Below, piece after piece: positions 19,650 through 28,123 of a DNA stretch of 64,000 nt. The translations under genes and the position numbers were made by a program. Position 1 is the stretch's first letter. Every line of letters starts with the position of its first letter. Source of the stretch: Acidimicrobiia bacterium (lineage in GTDB: Bacteria; Actinomycetota; Acidimicrobiia; Acidimicrobiales; Aldehydirespiratoraceae); contig JAJEJB010000049.1 of the NCBI GenBank assembly GCA_022828135.1, forward strand, positions 6,504-70,503. The letters run 5' to 3'. The notes under the pieces were generated by a model. That model saw nothing but the letters and a program-made list of their open reading frames with translations, was not told the origin of the DNA and made no database searches.

Positions 19650-22600
19650 CTCGGGTGAAGGGTCGCTGGGTGAACCCCTACGTCGACCCGGGTAATGGCA
19701 CGGGTACGGGCGAAGAGGGCTCGGCTGGTGTCACGGTCCAGCCCGTCGACGCCGGCGACCTCCTCACCGTCGGTCCGCACGGCGCGCGTCCACGGCCCGG
19801 AGTCATCCAGGTGATACACCACCGGCGACCCGCAATATGTGAAGCCGAGCATCCCCTCTTCGAGGCGTCCGCCCTGGCCCAGCGGCGGCCACGGGCGCGC
19901 CGCGGCTAGGAACTCCGCCGGGTCGAGCAGCACCGGGGCGAAGCGCAGGCATCCGTCCTCGACCTGCAGGCCGAGTTCGCCCCAGCGCAGCAGGATGCCC
20001 TCCTTGACGGCACCGGTCATGCCCGGCTGTTGAGCCCCGGTGTGCGCCGGCGTGTGCGAATGGGGATCGAGGGGGAAGGCGCCGTGGTCCGCGACCGTCT
20101 TGGACGGACCGAGCCCCGACCTGACTCGCCGGTAGCGCTGGACCATCTCCGCCACGAGGCTGCGATCCGCGCCGGCATCGGCCGCCGCCATGATGCGCTG
20201 CTGGAGGCGGAACATCATCTTCATCACCATGTGCCAGTAGACGCAGCCGAGTCCCTCGTAGCGGTACATCGTCTGTGACCGGCCGGCGGACTCGCGGTGC
20301 TTGAACACCGCCTCGTACGCTTCGAGCACCTCGGCGCGGCCGGTGCGGTCGGGCCGATGGCCCGGGTCCAACGAGTCGAGGGCGTTCTCGATGTCCTGTA
20401 CCTGGCGCAGGTGGGCCGCGAAGCGCACCCTCCCCTCGACGTCACGGTGCACGATGTCGTGGCCGTCGCCGATCAAGCTGCTCAGAGCCGGCCCTACCAG
20501 TCCCTCGGGCACCTGGTTCTTATCCATGAACGGGTGCCGGGGAGTGTTCGGGTACAGCAGGAAGGAACGCTGGTCGGGTCGGTACAGCCTGCTGCCGAAG
20601 AGGGCGTCGACCAGATCGATCACCTCCCGCGGGTCTTCGAGAGCTGAGCTCATGGCGGCCACCTGGCCCTCGAGCATGGTGTAGAGGGGCTCCAGTTCAG
20701 CCGTTCCCGCCCCCAGTCGCAGCAGCTGGTAGGCGTGGGCCAGGCCGTCGGGCCGCCGGGCCTCGGCCACGATCCTGTCGAGGTGGGGGAGGGCGGCCCG
20801 AAGGCATCGCCGTAGCCCGTCGACGCTCGCCTCCGCCGCCGGCTCGGGCGCCCGGCCGTAGACGCGGGACCGGTATGACGAGCCGCTCCGGCCTAGCTGG
20901 TCGAGCAGATCCCGGCGAGCCTCGGCACTGATCGTGCCCTCCAGGGCCAGGCCACGGTGGGTTTCGAAGGCCGATTCGAGGCCGCGCAGCCACTCCAGCA
21001 CCGCCGGTGAGACCGGCACGTCCGCGACCGGCGACCGCCCCAGCAGACCATCGAGGAACTCCAGGTACTCGCGCAGATGGAACACGGTCACCACCGACAC
21101 GCCGATGCCCACCAGCGCGTTGTTGGCGTCGTTCCACTCGGGCCGCTGCGTGTTGAGCCAGATCCCCCCGCCCGGAACCAGGCTCGAGAGCTTCGCCAGG
21201 GCCGGCACCAGCAGCTTCTCTGCCAAAGAGGCGTGATGAACCCCTCCTTCAGCGTCCGGGACCAGCCGTCCGTCGGCGCCGATCTCCGCCACCCGCTCGT
21301 CGATGCTCGCCTGGGCGGTGTGATCGAACTCCAGGGTGTCCTTCGGATCGCTCACGATGCTGTCGTAGGGCAGCATCCGGTAGGGCACGTCGGCGTACGA
21401 GAACTTGAGCCGGTCGAGCATCGCCTCCAGCGAGCCCGGATGGAACCGGTGCACCGCGTCGAGGATGCTGTGCAGGTAGACGATCTGGTGGTCGCCCCAA
21501 TAGCCGAAGTTCGACCAGTTGCCCTCCCCGGGCTTCTCCCAGTCGATTCCCTCGCTGCTGATCCGGTAGGGGTTGTGGCCGTCCATAGTCGAGGCGTTGA
21601 GGAACTTGGCGAGGGTGGACTCGGCGAATCCGGGGAAGCTGTGCACGAGTGCCTGCCAGTTCTGGAAGATGTCGCGCCAGTTGCCCTCGTATGCGAAGAG
21701 CCGGTCGCCGATCGAGGCGCCATCGCCGATCCGGAAGGTGTTCCAGGGGCGGCTCGGGTCGCCGTGGCGGCGGCTGAACGTCAGCGGGAGGTACTCGTTG
21801 ACGAGCCGGACCAGCGTCGCGTCCTGCGACACGGCATCCCGGAGGCCGTCGAGCTCGACGACCTCCTCCATCCTGCCGGCGAGCTGCTCGAACCGACCCG
21901 CGGCGGAGCGGTTGCGGGAGGCCACGAAGCGGCCCACCTCAGCCACAGACACCCGGTGGTCTTCCACCGGCACACCCCCGCGCATGCAGTTGTAGGTGAC
22001 GTTGGCCAGGTGGCTCGCGACCGCGGCCCGGTCGGCGGTCTCCTGGCGGGCGTCGGCGTAGGAGATCAGGCTCATCACTTCGTGGTGGGCCCGGTCGAGC
22101 GCCGCCCTGGTGGCCTGCCCGGACGTTTCGGCGTCGGCGGTGCTCAGCCACCGGCGCAGTCGGGCCGCTTCGGCGTGGTCGCGGTCGATGTCGGCCACGA
22201 TCGTCCATCTCAGAGGCGAATCCGGGCCGACGCGCGCCGCCGCGGAGGTGAGGAAGGCGCCCTTGACGCCGGTGGCCAGATGCTCGGACTCGAGGGCCTT
22301 GCCCGAGCGGAAGCTGCGGATCTGGCGGTCGGACATGGCCGTGACCGCGCCGTCGAGCCCGCGCGACCACACCACCGAGGCCAGTAGCGACTCGGCCGGC
22401 TCGGATAGGTCGCCGACCAGGGCCTCGAGGGTGAACAGGGCCAGCCCCGACTCGGGATCGAACTCCGAGCGCCGGTAGGCGTCGATGAGCGTGCTCGATG
22501 TCTGCTGGGTCTCGAGGTCCACGCCGGCCGGCAGCACGTCGATCAGCCCGTCCAGCACCTCGACATCGCATCCGGATGCGTCCGGTGACGCTGAGAGCTC

Positions 22601-23053
22601 GCAGGTGCGCACCAGCCCGAAGTCGGCCGCGGCGGCCCAGGTGTAGCGGAAGGTGAGTCCCAGTTCGGGGTTGTGCTCCTCGAAGGTGAGCCGGTCTCCG
22701 CAGAGCGTCTTGGCCAGCGACCTGCGCACCCGGCCGTAGGGCGCATGGGGCGCGAAGGGCTCCCACGCATCGTCAGCGCCGCCGACCCTGATGAGGGTGA
22801 AGGGGCCGGTCCGGCCGCCGCTGCGGTGCAGGCGATCGTCAGTCTCGTAGGCGAACAGGGCGTGCTGGGGGCTGCGCCGCCCGCCGGTCAGCGCGCCCGT
22901 GCTGGACACGAACAGCCAGAGGTCGCTCGGGCTGGTCACGTTGACCAGGAACGGGTCGAGCAGGTCGTAGTTCTCGATCCGGTACCACTCGATGCCCTCG
23001 GAGGTGCAGACCTCTCCCCGGGGCTGCGGGCCGGCCGTCGCGGCGCGGCTCAA
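19646..23053 (-). CDS. large (about 1135 aa) uncharacterised protein, possibly an (alpha/alpha)6 glycoside phosphorylase/hydrolase-like enzyme
   Basis: Long protein-like ORF. TTG at 23053 overlaps the GH16 stop (TTGA); the track start at 23344 would overlap GH16 by 295 nt. NWRDIFQNW resembles the RDxxQD-type motif of GH94-like enzymes (weak). Confidence 0.65.
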   Translation of the reverse strand: MSRAATAGPQPRGEVCTSEGIEWYRIENYDLLDPFLVNVTSPSDLWLFVSSTGALTGGRRSPQHALFAYETDDRLHRSGGRTGPFTLIRVGGADDAWEPFAPHAPYGRVRRSLAKTLCGDRLTFEEHNPELGLTFRYTWAAAADFGLVRTCELSASPDASGCDVEVLDGLIDVLPAGVDLETQQTSSTLIDAYRRSEFDPESGLALFTLEALVGDLSEPAESLLASVVWSRGLDGAVTAMSDRQIRSFRSGKALESEHLATGVKGAFLTSAAARVGPDSPLRWTIVADIDRDHAEAARLRRWLSTADAETSGQATRAALDRAHHEVMSLISYADARQETADRAAVASHLANVTYNCMRGGVPVEDHRVSVAEVGRFVASRNRSAAGRFEQLAGRMEEVVELDGLRDAVSQDATLVRLVNEYLPLTFSRRHGDPSRPWNTFRIGDGASIGDRLFAYEGNWRDIFQNWQALVHSFPGFAESTLAKFLNASTMDGHNPYRISSEGIDWEKPGEGNWSNFGYWGDHQIVYLHSILDAVHRFHPGSLEAMLDRLKFSYADVPYRMLPYDSIVSDPKDTLEFDHTAQASIDERVAEIGADGRLVPDAEGGVHHASLAEKLLVPALAKLSSLVPGGGIWLNTQRPEWNDANNALVGIGVSVVTVFHLREYLEFLDGLLGRSPVADVPVSPAVLEWLRGLESAFETHRGLALEGTISAEARRDLLDQLGRSGSSYRSRVYGRAPEPAAEASVDGLRRCLRAALPHLDRIVAEARRPDGLAHAYQLLRLGAGTAELEPLYTMLEGQVAAMSSALEDPREVIDLVDALFGSRLYRPDQRSFLLYPNTPRHPFMDKNQVPEGLVGPALSSLIGDGHDIVHRDVEGRVRFAAHLRQVQDIENALDSLDPGHRPDRTGRAEVLEAYEAVFKHRESAGRSQTMYRYEGLGCVYWHMVMKMMFRLQQRIMAAADAGADRSLVAEMVQRYRRVRSGLGPSKTVADHGAFPLDPHSHTPAHTGAQQPGMTGAVKEGILLRWGELGLQVEDGCLRFAPVLLDPAEFLAAARPWPPLGQGGRLEEGMLGFTYCGSPVVYHLDDSGPWTRAVRTDGEEVAGVDGLDRDTSRALFARTRAITRVDVGVHPATLHPS

Positions 23054-24150
23054 CTGTCTGCCTCTGCGGTCTCGGCGACGGGCTGCCACACCCGGACGTG
23101 ATCGACGTATAGGGCGACGGGGAACTCCAGGTCCAGCGCGATCGGACCGGGGAACTGGCCGCCCACGGCCAGGTTCAGGATCATGAAGAACTCGTGGTCG
23201 AAGACCCATTCCCGGTTGCCGGTCACGTCCCGGGTGAGTGCGTAGTACAGCTCGCCGTCGTAGAACCAGCGGATGCCGTCGTAGTCCCATTCGACGGCGT
23301 AGGTGTGGTAGTCGTCGGCGATGGGGTAGTCCCGCCGGTTCCATCTGGACAGGCCGACCGCCCCCGCGTAGCCGGGTCCGTGGATGGTGCCCAGGATCAG
23401 GTCAGGCTCGCGCCCGATGTGTTCCATGATGTCGATCTCGCCTACGAACGGCCAGTGGTTCCGCTCGTCGTCGGAATGGCGGTCGAAGTGGGCGCCCAGC
23501 ATCCAGAACGCGGGCCACAGCCCCGCGCCGGCGGGCACCTTCAGGCGGGCCTCGAAACGCCCGTACTTGAACTCCCTCAGGCCCTTCGTCAGCATGCGGG
23601 CCGATGTGTAGTAGGAGTTCTCGTACTTCTCCTGGTGGGCCTCGATGATCAGCAGCCCGTTCTCGACCCGGGCGTTCTTGGGCCGGGACGTGTAGTACTG
23701 GGCCTCGCCGTTGCCCCAGCCCCAGCCGCCGATGTCGTAGGTCCAGTTGGTGAGGTCGATGGCGTCGCCGTCGAACTCGTCGTGCCAGACGAGCTCCCAT
23801 CCCTCGATCTCGGTGATGGGCACCGGCTCGGGTGCGGTGACCGTCGGCGTCGGCGGAGGAGGCGGCTCGGTGGTCGTGGTGGTTGTGGTGGTTGTGGTTG
23901 TGGTGGTCGACGTGGTGGTGGTCGTGGTGGTGGTCGTGGTGGCTGGCGCGGCAGTGGTTGTGGTTGCTGTGGTGATGGTCGACGTGGTGGCCGGCGCAGC
24001 GGTAGTTGTGGTGGTCGTCGTGGTGGTCGGCGCGGCGGCCGACGGCTCCTGAGGTGTCGGGGTCGGATCCGAGCCGCAGCCGGCGGCCAGGATTGCAGTC
24101 AGGGCGGCCGCGGCGAAGATGCCTCTGCGGAGTTGAGCGAGTCGGCTCAT
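23050..24150 (-). CDS. GH16 beta-1,3-glucanase (laminarinase) lipoprotein with a poly-Thr linker
   Basis: Lipobox LAAGCG, about 55-aa Thr-rich linker, GH16 catalytic motif GEIDIME and WPAFWMLG. Confidence 0.9.
   Translation of the reverse strand: MSRLAQLRRGIFAAAALTAILAAGCGSDPTPTPQEPSAAAPTTTTTTTTTAAPATTSTITTATTTTAAPATTTTTTTTTTSTTTTTTTTTTTTTEPPPPPTPTVTAPEPVPITEIEGWELVWHDEFDGDAIDLTNWTYDIGGWGWGNGEAQYYTSRPKNARVENGLLIIEAHQEKYENSYYTSARMLTKGLREFKYGRFEARLKVPAGAGLWPAFWMLGAHFDRHSDDERNHWPFVGEIDIMEHIGREPDLILGTIHGPGYAGAVGLSRWNRRDYPIADDYHTYAVEWDYDGIRWFYDGELYYALTRDVTGNREWVFDHEFFMILNLAVGGQFPGPIALDLEFPVALYVDHVRVWQPVAETAEADS
23869..24030 (-). repeat. coding low-complexity tract (poly-Thr linker; GGT/CGT-rich on the plus strand)
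   Basis: Translation PTTTTTTTTTAAPATTSTITTATTTTAAPATTTTTTTTTTSTTTTTTTTTTTTT. Confidence 0.9.
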
Positions 24151-24152
24151 GG

Positions 24153-24968
24153 CTACAGGGCGAGCGGTCCGGGCGGGCTGAGCTGCGCGGTGATGCCCCC
24201 GTCCACGTAGAGCACCTGGCCGGTGATGTAGCTCGCTTCACAGGAAGCCAGGAAGGCCACCGCCGAGGCGATGTCGTCGACTGTGCCCGGACGCCTCAGC
24301 GGGATCTGCGACACGATCTCGGGCGGCCCGGCGGCGCTGTCCTCCGGCGGCCACCGGTAAGTGCGGGTCACGCCCGGCCCGACCGCGTTCACCCGGATCC
24401 CGAGCGGTCCGAGCTCCACGGCCATCGCCCGGGCCAGCGCGTTGATGGCTCCCTTGGTCATGTCGTAGGGGAGTCCGTGCTGATGGGCCCGGTCGGCTCC
24501 CACCGACGACACCAGCACGATGCTCCCGCCGGCGCCGTCGGTCATGGCGGATGCCGCCCTCTGCGAGCACAGGTACGGGCTGCGCACATTGGTGGCGAGC
24601 TGCAGGTCGAGAAGGGCCCGGTGCTCGTCGAGGATCGGTCGCCGCTGGAGGTCGGCAGCGTTGTTCACTAGGACGTCGACGGCGCCGAAGCGCTCCAGGG
24701 TGACGTCGAACACAGCGTCCACCGCGTCGGGCTGCGTCAGGTCAGCGCGGACGGCCTCAACAGCTGCTCCGAGCTCTTCGAGGGTCCGCATCGTGTCGTC
24801 GAGGGATTCGCCGTCCTTGTCCGCCGCCACCAGGTTCATGCCTTCGCGGGCCAGGCGGCAAGCGATGCTCTTGCCGATGCCCTTGGCCGCGCCGGTGACG
24901 ACTGCGGTCCGGCCGGCGAGGTCGGGGTACCGGCCGGCGTGGCCCTCAGTGTTCGGCGCGGCGGTCAT
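24153..24968 (-). CDS. SDR-family oxidoreductase
   Basis: VTGAAKGIG, NNAA and YDMTKGA motifs. ATGA overlap with the upstream dehydratase; stop lies 2 nt from the GH16 start. Confidence 0.85.
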   Translation of the reverse strand: MTAAPNTEGHAGRYPDLAGRTAVVTGAAKGIGKSIACRLAREGMNLVAADKDGESLDDTMRTLEELGAAVEAVRADLTQPDAVDAVFDVTLERFGAVDVLVNNAADLQRRPILDEHRALLDLQLATNVRSPYLCSQRAASAMTDGAGGSIVLVSSVGADRAHQHGLPYDMTKGAINALARAMAVELGPLGIRVNAVGPGVTRTYRWPPEDSAAGPPEIVSQIPLRRPGTVDDIASAVAFLASCEASYITGQVLYVDGGITAQLSPPGPLAL

Positions 24969-26161
24969 GGTCGGGCCGGGGTGCCGTCGGGCAGGCGGGT
25001 CTGGGTCCATTGCTCCACCGTCTCGTCGCAGGGATGCTCAGCGGCGAGCTTCTCGTCGATGTCGATGCCGAGCCCGGGGCCGCCGCTTGGGTACAGGTAG
25101 CCGTCGACCGGGCGGGGCAGTCCCGGGAACATCTCGTAGGTGAGTTCGGAGGGCTGGGGCCATTCCTGGATCCCGAAGTTCGGGGCCCACATGTTCAGGT
25201 GCAGGTTGGCCGCGTGGCCAACCGGCGACGTGTCGTCGGGTCCGTGCCAAGCCGTGCGGATCCCGAACATGCCGGCGAAGGAGGCCACGCCCCGCGCCGG
25301 GGTGATGCCCCCGATCTGGCTCACGTGCATGCGCACGAAGTCGATGAGCCGGCCGGTGATGAGCGGGCGCCACTCGTGCGGGTTGTTGAACAGCTCGCCC
25401 ATGGCCAGCGGCGTGGCGCACTGCTGGCGCAGCGTGGAGAACCACCCGATGTCCTCGGGCGCGAACGGGTCCTCGAGGAAGAAGAGCCGGTACTGCTCCA
25501 GGTCCTTGGCGAACTGCACCGCGTCGATGGGGTGGAGCCGTTCGTGGACGTCGTGCAGCAGCTCGATCCCGTCGCCCACCGTGCTGCGGAGATGGTCGAT
25601 CATCTCGAGCATGGCCCGGCCGTAGCCGCGGGGGTCGAAGTAGTTGCCCGGGGGCGCGGTCGGGGGCAGGCGCAGCCCGTCGGCGGGACCGCCGTACCCG
25701 CCCATCTGGACCCGCACGTGCCTGAACCCCTGCTCGATGAGGGCCATGGCATTGCCGGCCACTTCGTGAGCGTCGCGTCCGTCGGCGTGCACGTAGGTGG
25801 CGGCGGCCTCGCGGGTTCGCCCGCCGAGCAACTGGTACATCGGCATGCCCGCCTGCTTGCCCTTGATGTCCCACAGCGCCTGGTCCACGCCCGACACGGC
25901 ATTGTTGAGCACCGGGCCGTTGCGCCAGTAGCCGTGGTTCATCGACATCTGCCAGATCTCCTCGATGCGGTCGACGTCGCGTCCCACCAGGAAGGGGGCC
26001 AGGTGACGCTCGATGGCCGCCTGCACCGCGAAGGCGCGCTGGGTGAATGTGGCACAGCCGAGCCCGAACAGTCCCGGCTCGGAGGTGTCGACCTTGACGA
26101 CCACCAGCCGAGCCCGGCCGGGCTGGGTGAGGATCGCCTTGACGTCCGCGATCTTGACCAT
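24965..26161 (-). CDS. enolase-superfamily D-mannonate dehydratase (ManD/RspA) family protein
   Basis: MVKIADVKAILTQPG..., ALWDIKGK, LLHDVHERL, FFLEDP and AMGELF are typical of the ManD subgroup. Confidence 0.85.
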   Translation of the reverse strand: MVKIADVKAILTQPGRARLVVVKVDTSEPGLFGLGCATFTQRAFAVQAAIERHLAPFLVGRDVDRIEEIWQMSMNHGYWRNGPVLNNAVSGVDQALWDIKGKQAGMPMYQLLGGRTREAAATYVHADGRDAHEVAGNAMALIEQGFRHVRVQMGGYGGPADGLRLPPTAPPGNYFDPRGYGRAMLEMIDHLRSTVGDGIELLHDVHERLHPIDAVQFAKDLEQYRLFFLEDPFAPEDIGWFSTLRQQCATPLAMGELFNNPHEWRPLITGRLIDFVRMHVSQIGGITPARGVASFAGMFGIRTAWHGPDDTSPVGHAANLHLNMWAPNFGIQEWPQPSELTYEMFPGLPRPVDGYLYPSGGPGLGIDIDEKLAAEHPCDETVEQWTQTRLPDGTPARP

Positions 26162-26176
26162 CAGCGGCCGGTCACC

Positions 26177-27079
26177 TCAGCCCTTCACCGCCCCGGCGGT
26201 CAGGCCCGAGACGATGTAGCGCTGCAGGAACAGGAACAGCACCACCATCGGCGTCATCAGGATCAGGACCGCGGCGGCCATCGGCGGCCAGTTGGCGCCG
26301 TAGAGGCCCTCGAAGGCGATCAGGCCCCGCGTCACCGGGTAGAGGTCGTCGTTGGTCAGGTAGATGATCGCCAGCACCAGTTCGTTCCAGAGCCCGATGG
26401 CGTGCAGGACCGTAACTGTCGCGATAGCCGGGCGGATCAGCGGCACGATGATCTTGAACACGAAGCGGTAGTACCCGCACCCGTCGATGGCCGCCGACTC
26501 GTCCAGCTCGCGGGGGATCGCCTTGATGTAGTTGACGAGGATGATGATGCCGATCGGGTTGACCAGGAACAGCAGGATGTAGCCGAGGCGGGTGTTGAAC
26601 AGTCCCAGGTTGAGGATCAGCTGGAACTGCGGGATGAGCGCCGGGGGCAGGAACAGCGCGATCACGTAGAGCAGCAGCACGTACCGTCCGCCCCTGAGGT
26701 AGCCGCGGGCGATCGGGAACGCCACCAGCACCGATGTGACCACACAGACCGCGGTGGCGACTGTGGTGTAGACGACGGAGTTGACCAGGTAGCGGGGGAA
26801 CTGGGCTTCGTTCCAGGCCTCGGTGAAGTTCTCGAAGCGGAACGACTCCGGCATGCCGGTCGGGTTCTGGAAGAACTCGGGCAGCGTCTTGAAGGCCGTG
26901 GTGACCAGCATCAGCAGCGGTCCGATGTACAGCACCGTAAACACCAGCAGGACCACGTACGACGCCAGCTTCTGCCTCTTGAGCCAGGCGAGCCATCCGG
27001 GCGGTTCCGGCCGGCTGCCGCGCCCGGCGGTGGGTGCCTGAGTGGCCCGGGGCTCCTGAGGCGCGTCGATGACGGTCAC
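26177..27079 (-). CDS. carbohydrate ABC transporter permease
   Basis: EAA loop ESAAIDGCGYYRFVFKIIVPLIRP. GTG at 27079 overlaps the upstream stop (GTGA). Confidence 0.85.
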   Translation of the reverse strand: MTVIDAPQEPRATQAPTAGRGSRPEPPGWLAWLKRQKLASYVVLLVFTVLYIGPLLMLVTTAFKTLPEFFQNPTGMPESFRFENFTEAWNEAQFPRYLVNSVVYTTVATAVCVVTSVLVAFPIARGYLRGGRYVLLLYVIALFLPPALIPQFQLILNLGLFNTRLGYILLFLVNPIGIIILVNYIKAIPRELDESAAIDGCGYYRFVFKIIVPLIRPAIATVTVLHAIGLWNELVLAIIYLTNDDLYPVTRGLIAFEGLYGANWPPMAAAVLILMTPMVVLFLFLQRYIVSGLTAGAVKG

Positions 27080-28011
27080 CCGATGTACCTCTTCTCGCGG
27101 CGCGACAGCCAGGCGTGGGTCACCAGCGCGAACACCAGAACGAGGACGAACAGCGCAATCGAGGCGGCCGCGGCGTAGCCCTGCCGGAAGGCGGACGCCA
27201 CCGACCCCGAGGTCTGCCCGAAGCCCTCGGCGAACACCAGGTATCCGAGCACCTGGGTGCCCGGGCGGTACCCGATGAGCACCAGGAACAGCTGCCAGGC
27301 CTGGAGCGACCCGATGATGTTGAGCAGCAGGTTGGTGTTGACGGCCGGCGTGAGCAGTGGCCAGGTGACGTTGCGGAACAGTTGCCACTTGCCGGCGCCG
27401 TCGATACGGGCGGCCTCGTAGAGCTCTTCCGGGATGGTCTGCATCCCGGCGAGGAAGATCACCATCGTGATGCCGGCGTTCGCCCAGATCTGCACCACGA
27501 TCACCCAGGCGAACGCCTGCCGGGGCTGGCCGCCCAGAAGCTCCGACGTCCAGCCGAAGAGTTGGAAGAACTCGGAGGCCGGGCCGCCCCGCGGCAGCAG
27601 GAACAGCTTCCAGATGAGTCCCTGGATGGCGACGCCGAGGATGACCGGCATGAAGAACAGCGTCCTGAAGAACTTCTTGCCGCGGATCTTCTGGTTCAGC
27701 AGCACTGCGAACAGCAGTCCGATGCCGAACTGGATCACGGTGACGAAGAAGCAGAAGTAGACGGTCCTGCGCAGCGCAGCGATGTTGTCGCGCGATGCCG
27801 CCCCCCGGAACAGGAACTCTTCGTAGTTCTCGAAGCCGATCCAGTTGACGGCTATGCCGCGGATGCCGGTGGCGTCGGTGAAGGAGTACACGGCGGTGGC
27901 CAGCGAGGGCCCGACCGCCATCACCAGGTACAGCAGGAAGCCGGGCAGCAGCAGCAGGACCGGAGTCGCGCTCCGCCAGCCCCTGGCGAACAGGTAGCTT
28001 CGGTGGATCAC
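27076..28011 (-). CDS. carbohydrate ABC transporter permease
   Basis: EAARIDGAGKWQLFRNVTWPLLTP EAA loop; multi-TM. Confidence 0.85.
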   Translation of the reverse strand: MIHRSYLFARGWRSATPVLLLLPGFLLYLVMAVGPSLATAVYSFTDATGIRGIAVNWIGFENYEEFLFRGAASRDNIAALRRTVYFCFFVTVIQFGIGLLFAVLLNQKIRGKKFFRTLFFMPVILGVAIQGLIWKLFLLPRGGPASEFFQLFGWTSELLGGQPRQAFAWVIVVQIWANAGITMVIFLAGMQTIPEELYEAARIDGAGKWQLFRNVTWPLLTPAVNTNLLLNIIGSLQAWQLFLVLIGYRPGTQVLGYLVFAEGFGQTSGSVASAFRQGYAAAASIALFVLVLVFALVTHAWLSRREKRYIG

Positions 28012-28043
28012 AGCCGTGGTGCGCAGCGCTCCCCGGGTCCCGT

Positions 28044-28086
28044 GCGGGGGCTCCTGGCCGGGATCTTGCCGGCCCGGAGCCCCCGC
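28044..28086 (-). promoter_or_regulatory. intercistronic GC-rich stem-loop between the binding-protein and permease genes
   Basis: GCGGGGGCTCCTGGCCGG / loop / CCGGCCCGGAGCCCCCGC, an imperfect inverted repeat of about 18 bp. Confidence 0.4.
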
Positions 28087-28123
28087 AGGGTAGGGGGAAC
28101 CCGAGACGTTCGCCTAGCGGGCG

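Noticed and set aside
23054-23344. Upstream extension of the large ORF to the ATG at 23344.
   Set aside because: It would overlap the GH16 gene by 295 nt, and the extension is Arg/Pro-rich low complexity. The TTG at 23053 gives a 4-nt TTGA coupling instead.
23869-24030. GGT/CGT-rich repetitive DNA, and the GC(G/C)-rich repeats at 29330-29660, as non-coding satellites or CRISPR-like repeats.
   Set aside because: Both are in frame inside well-supported lipoprotein genes and translate to poly-Thr and Ala/Asp/Glu linkers.
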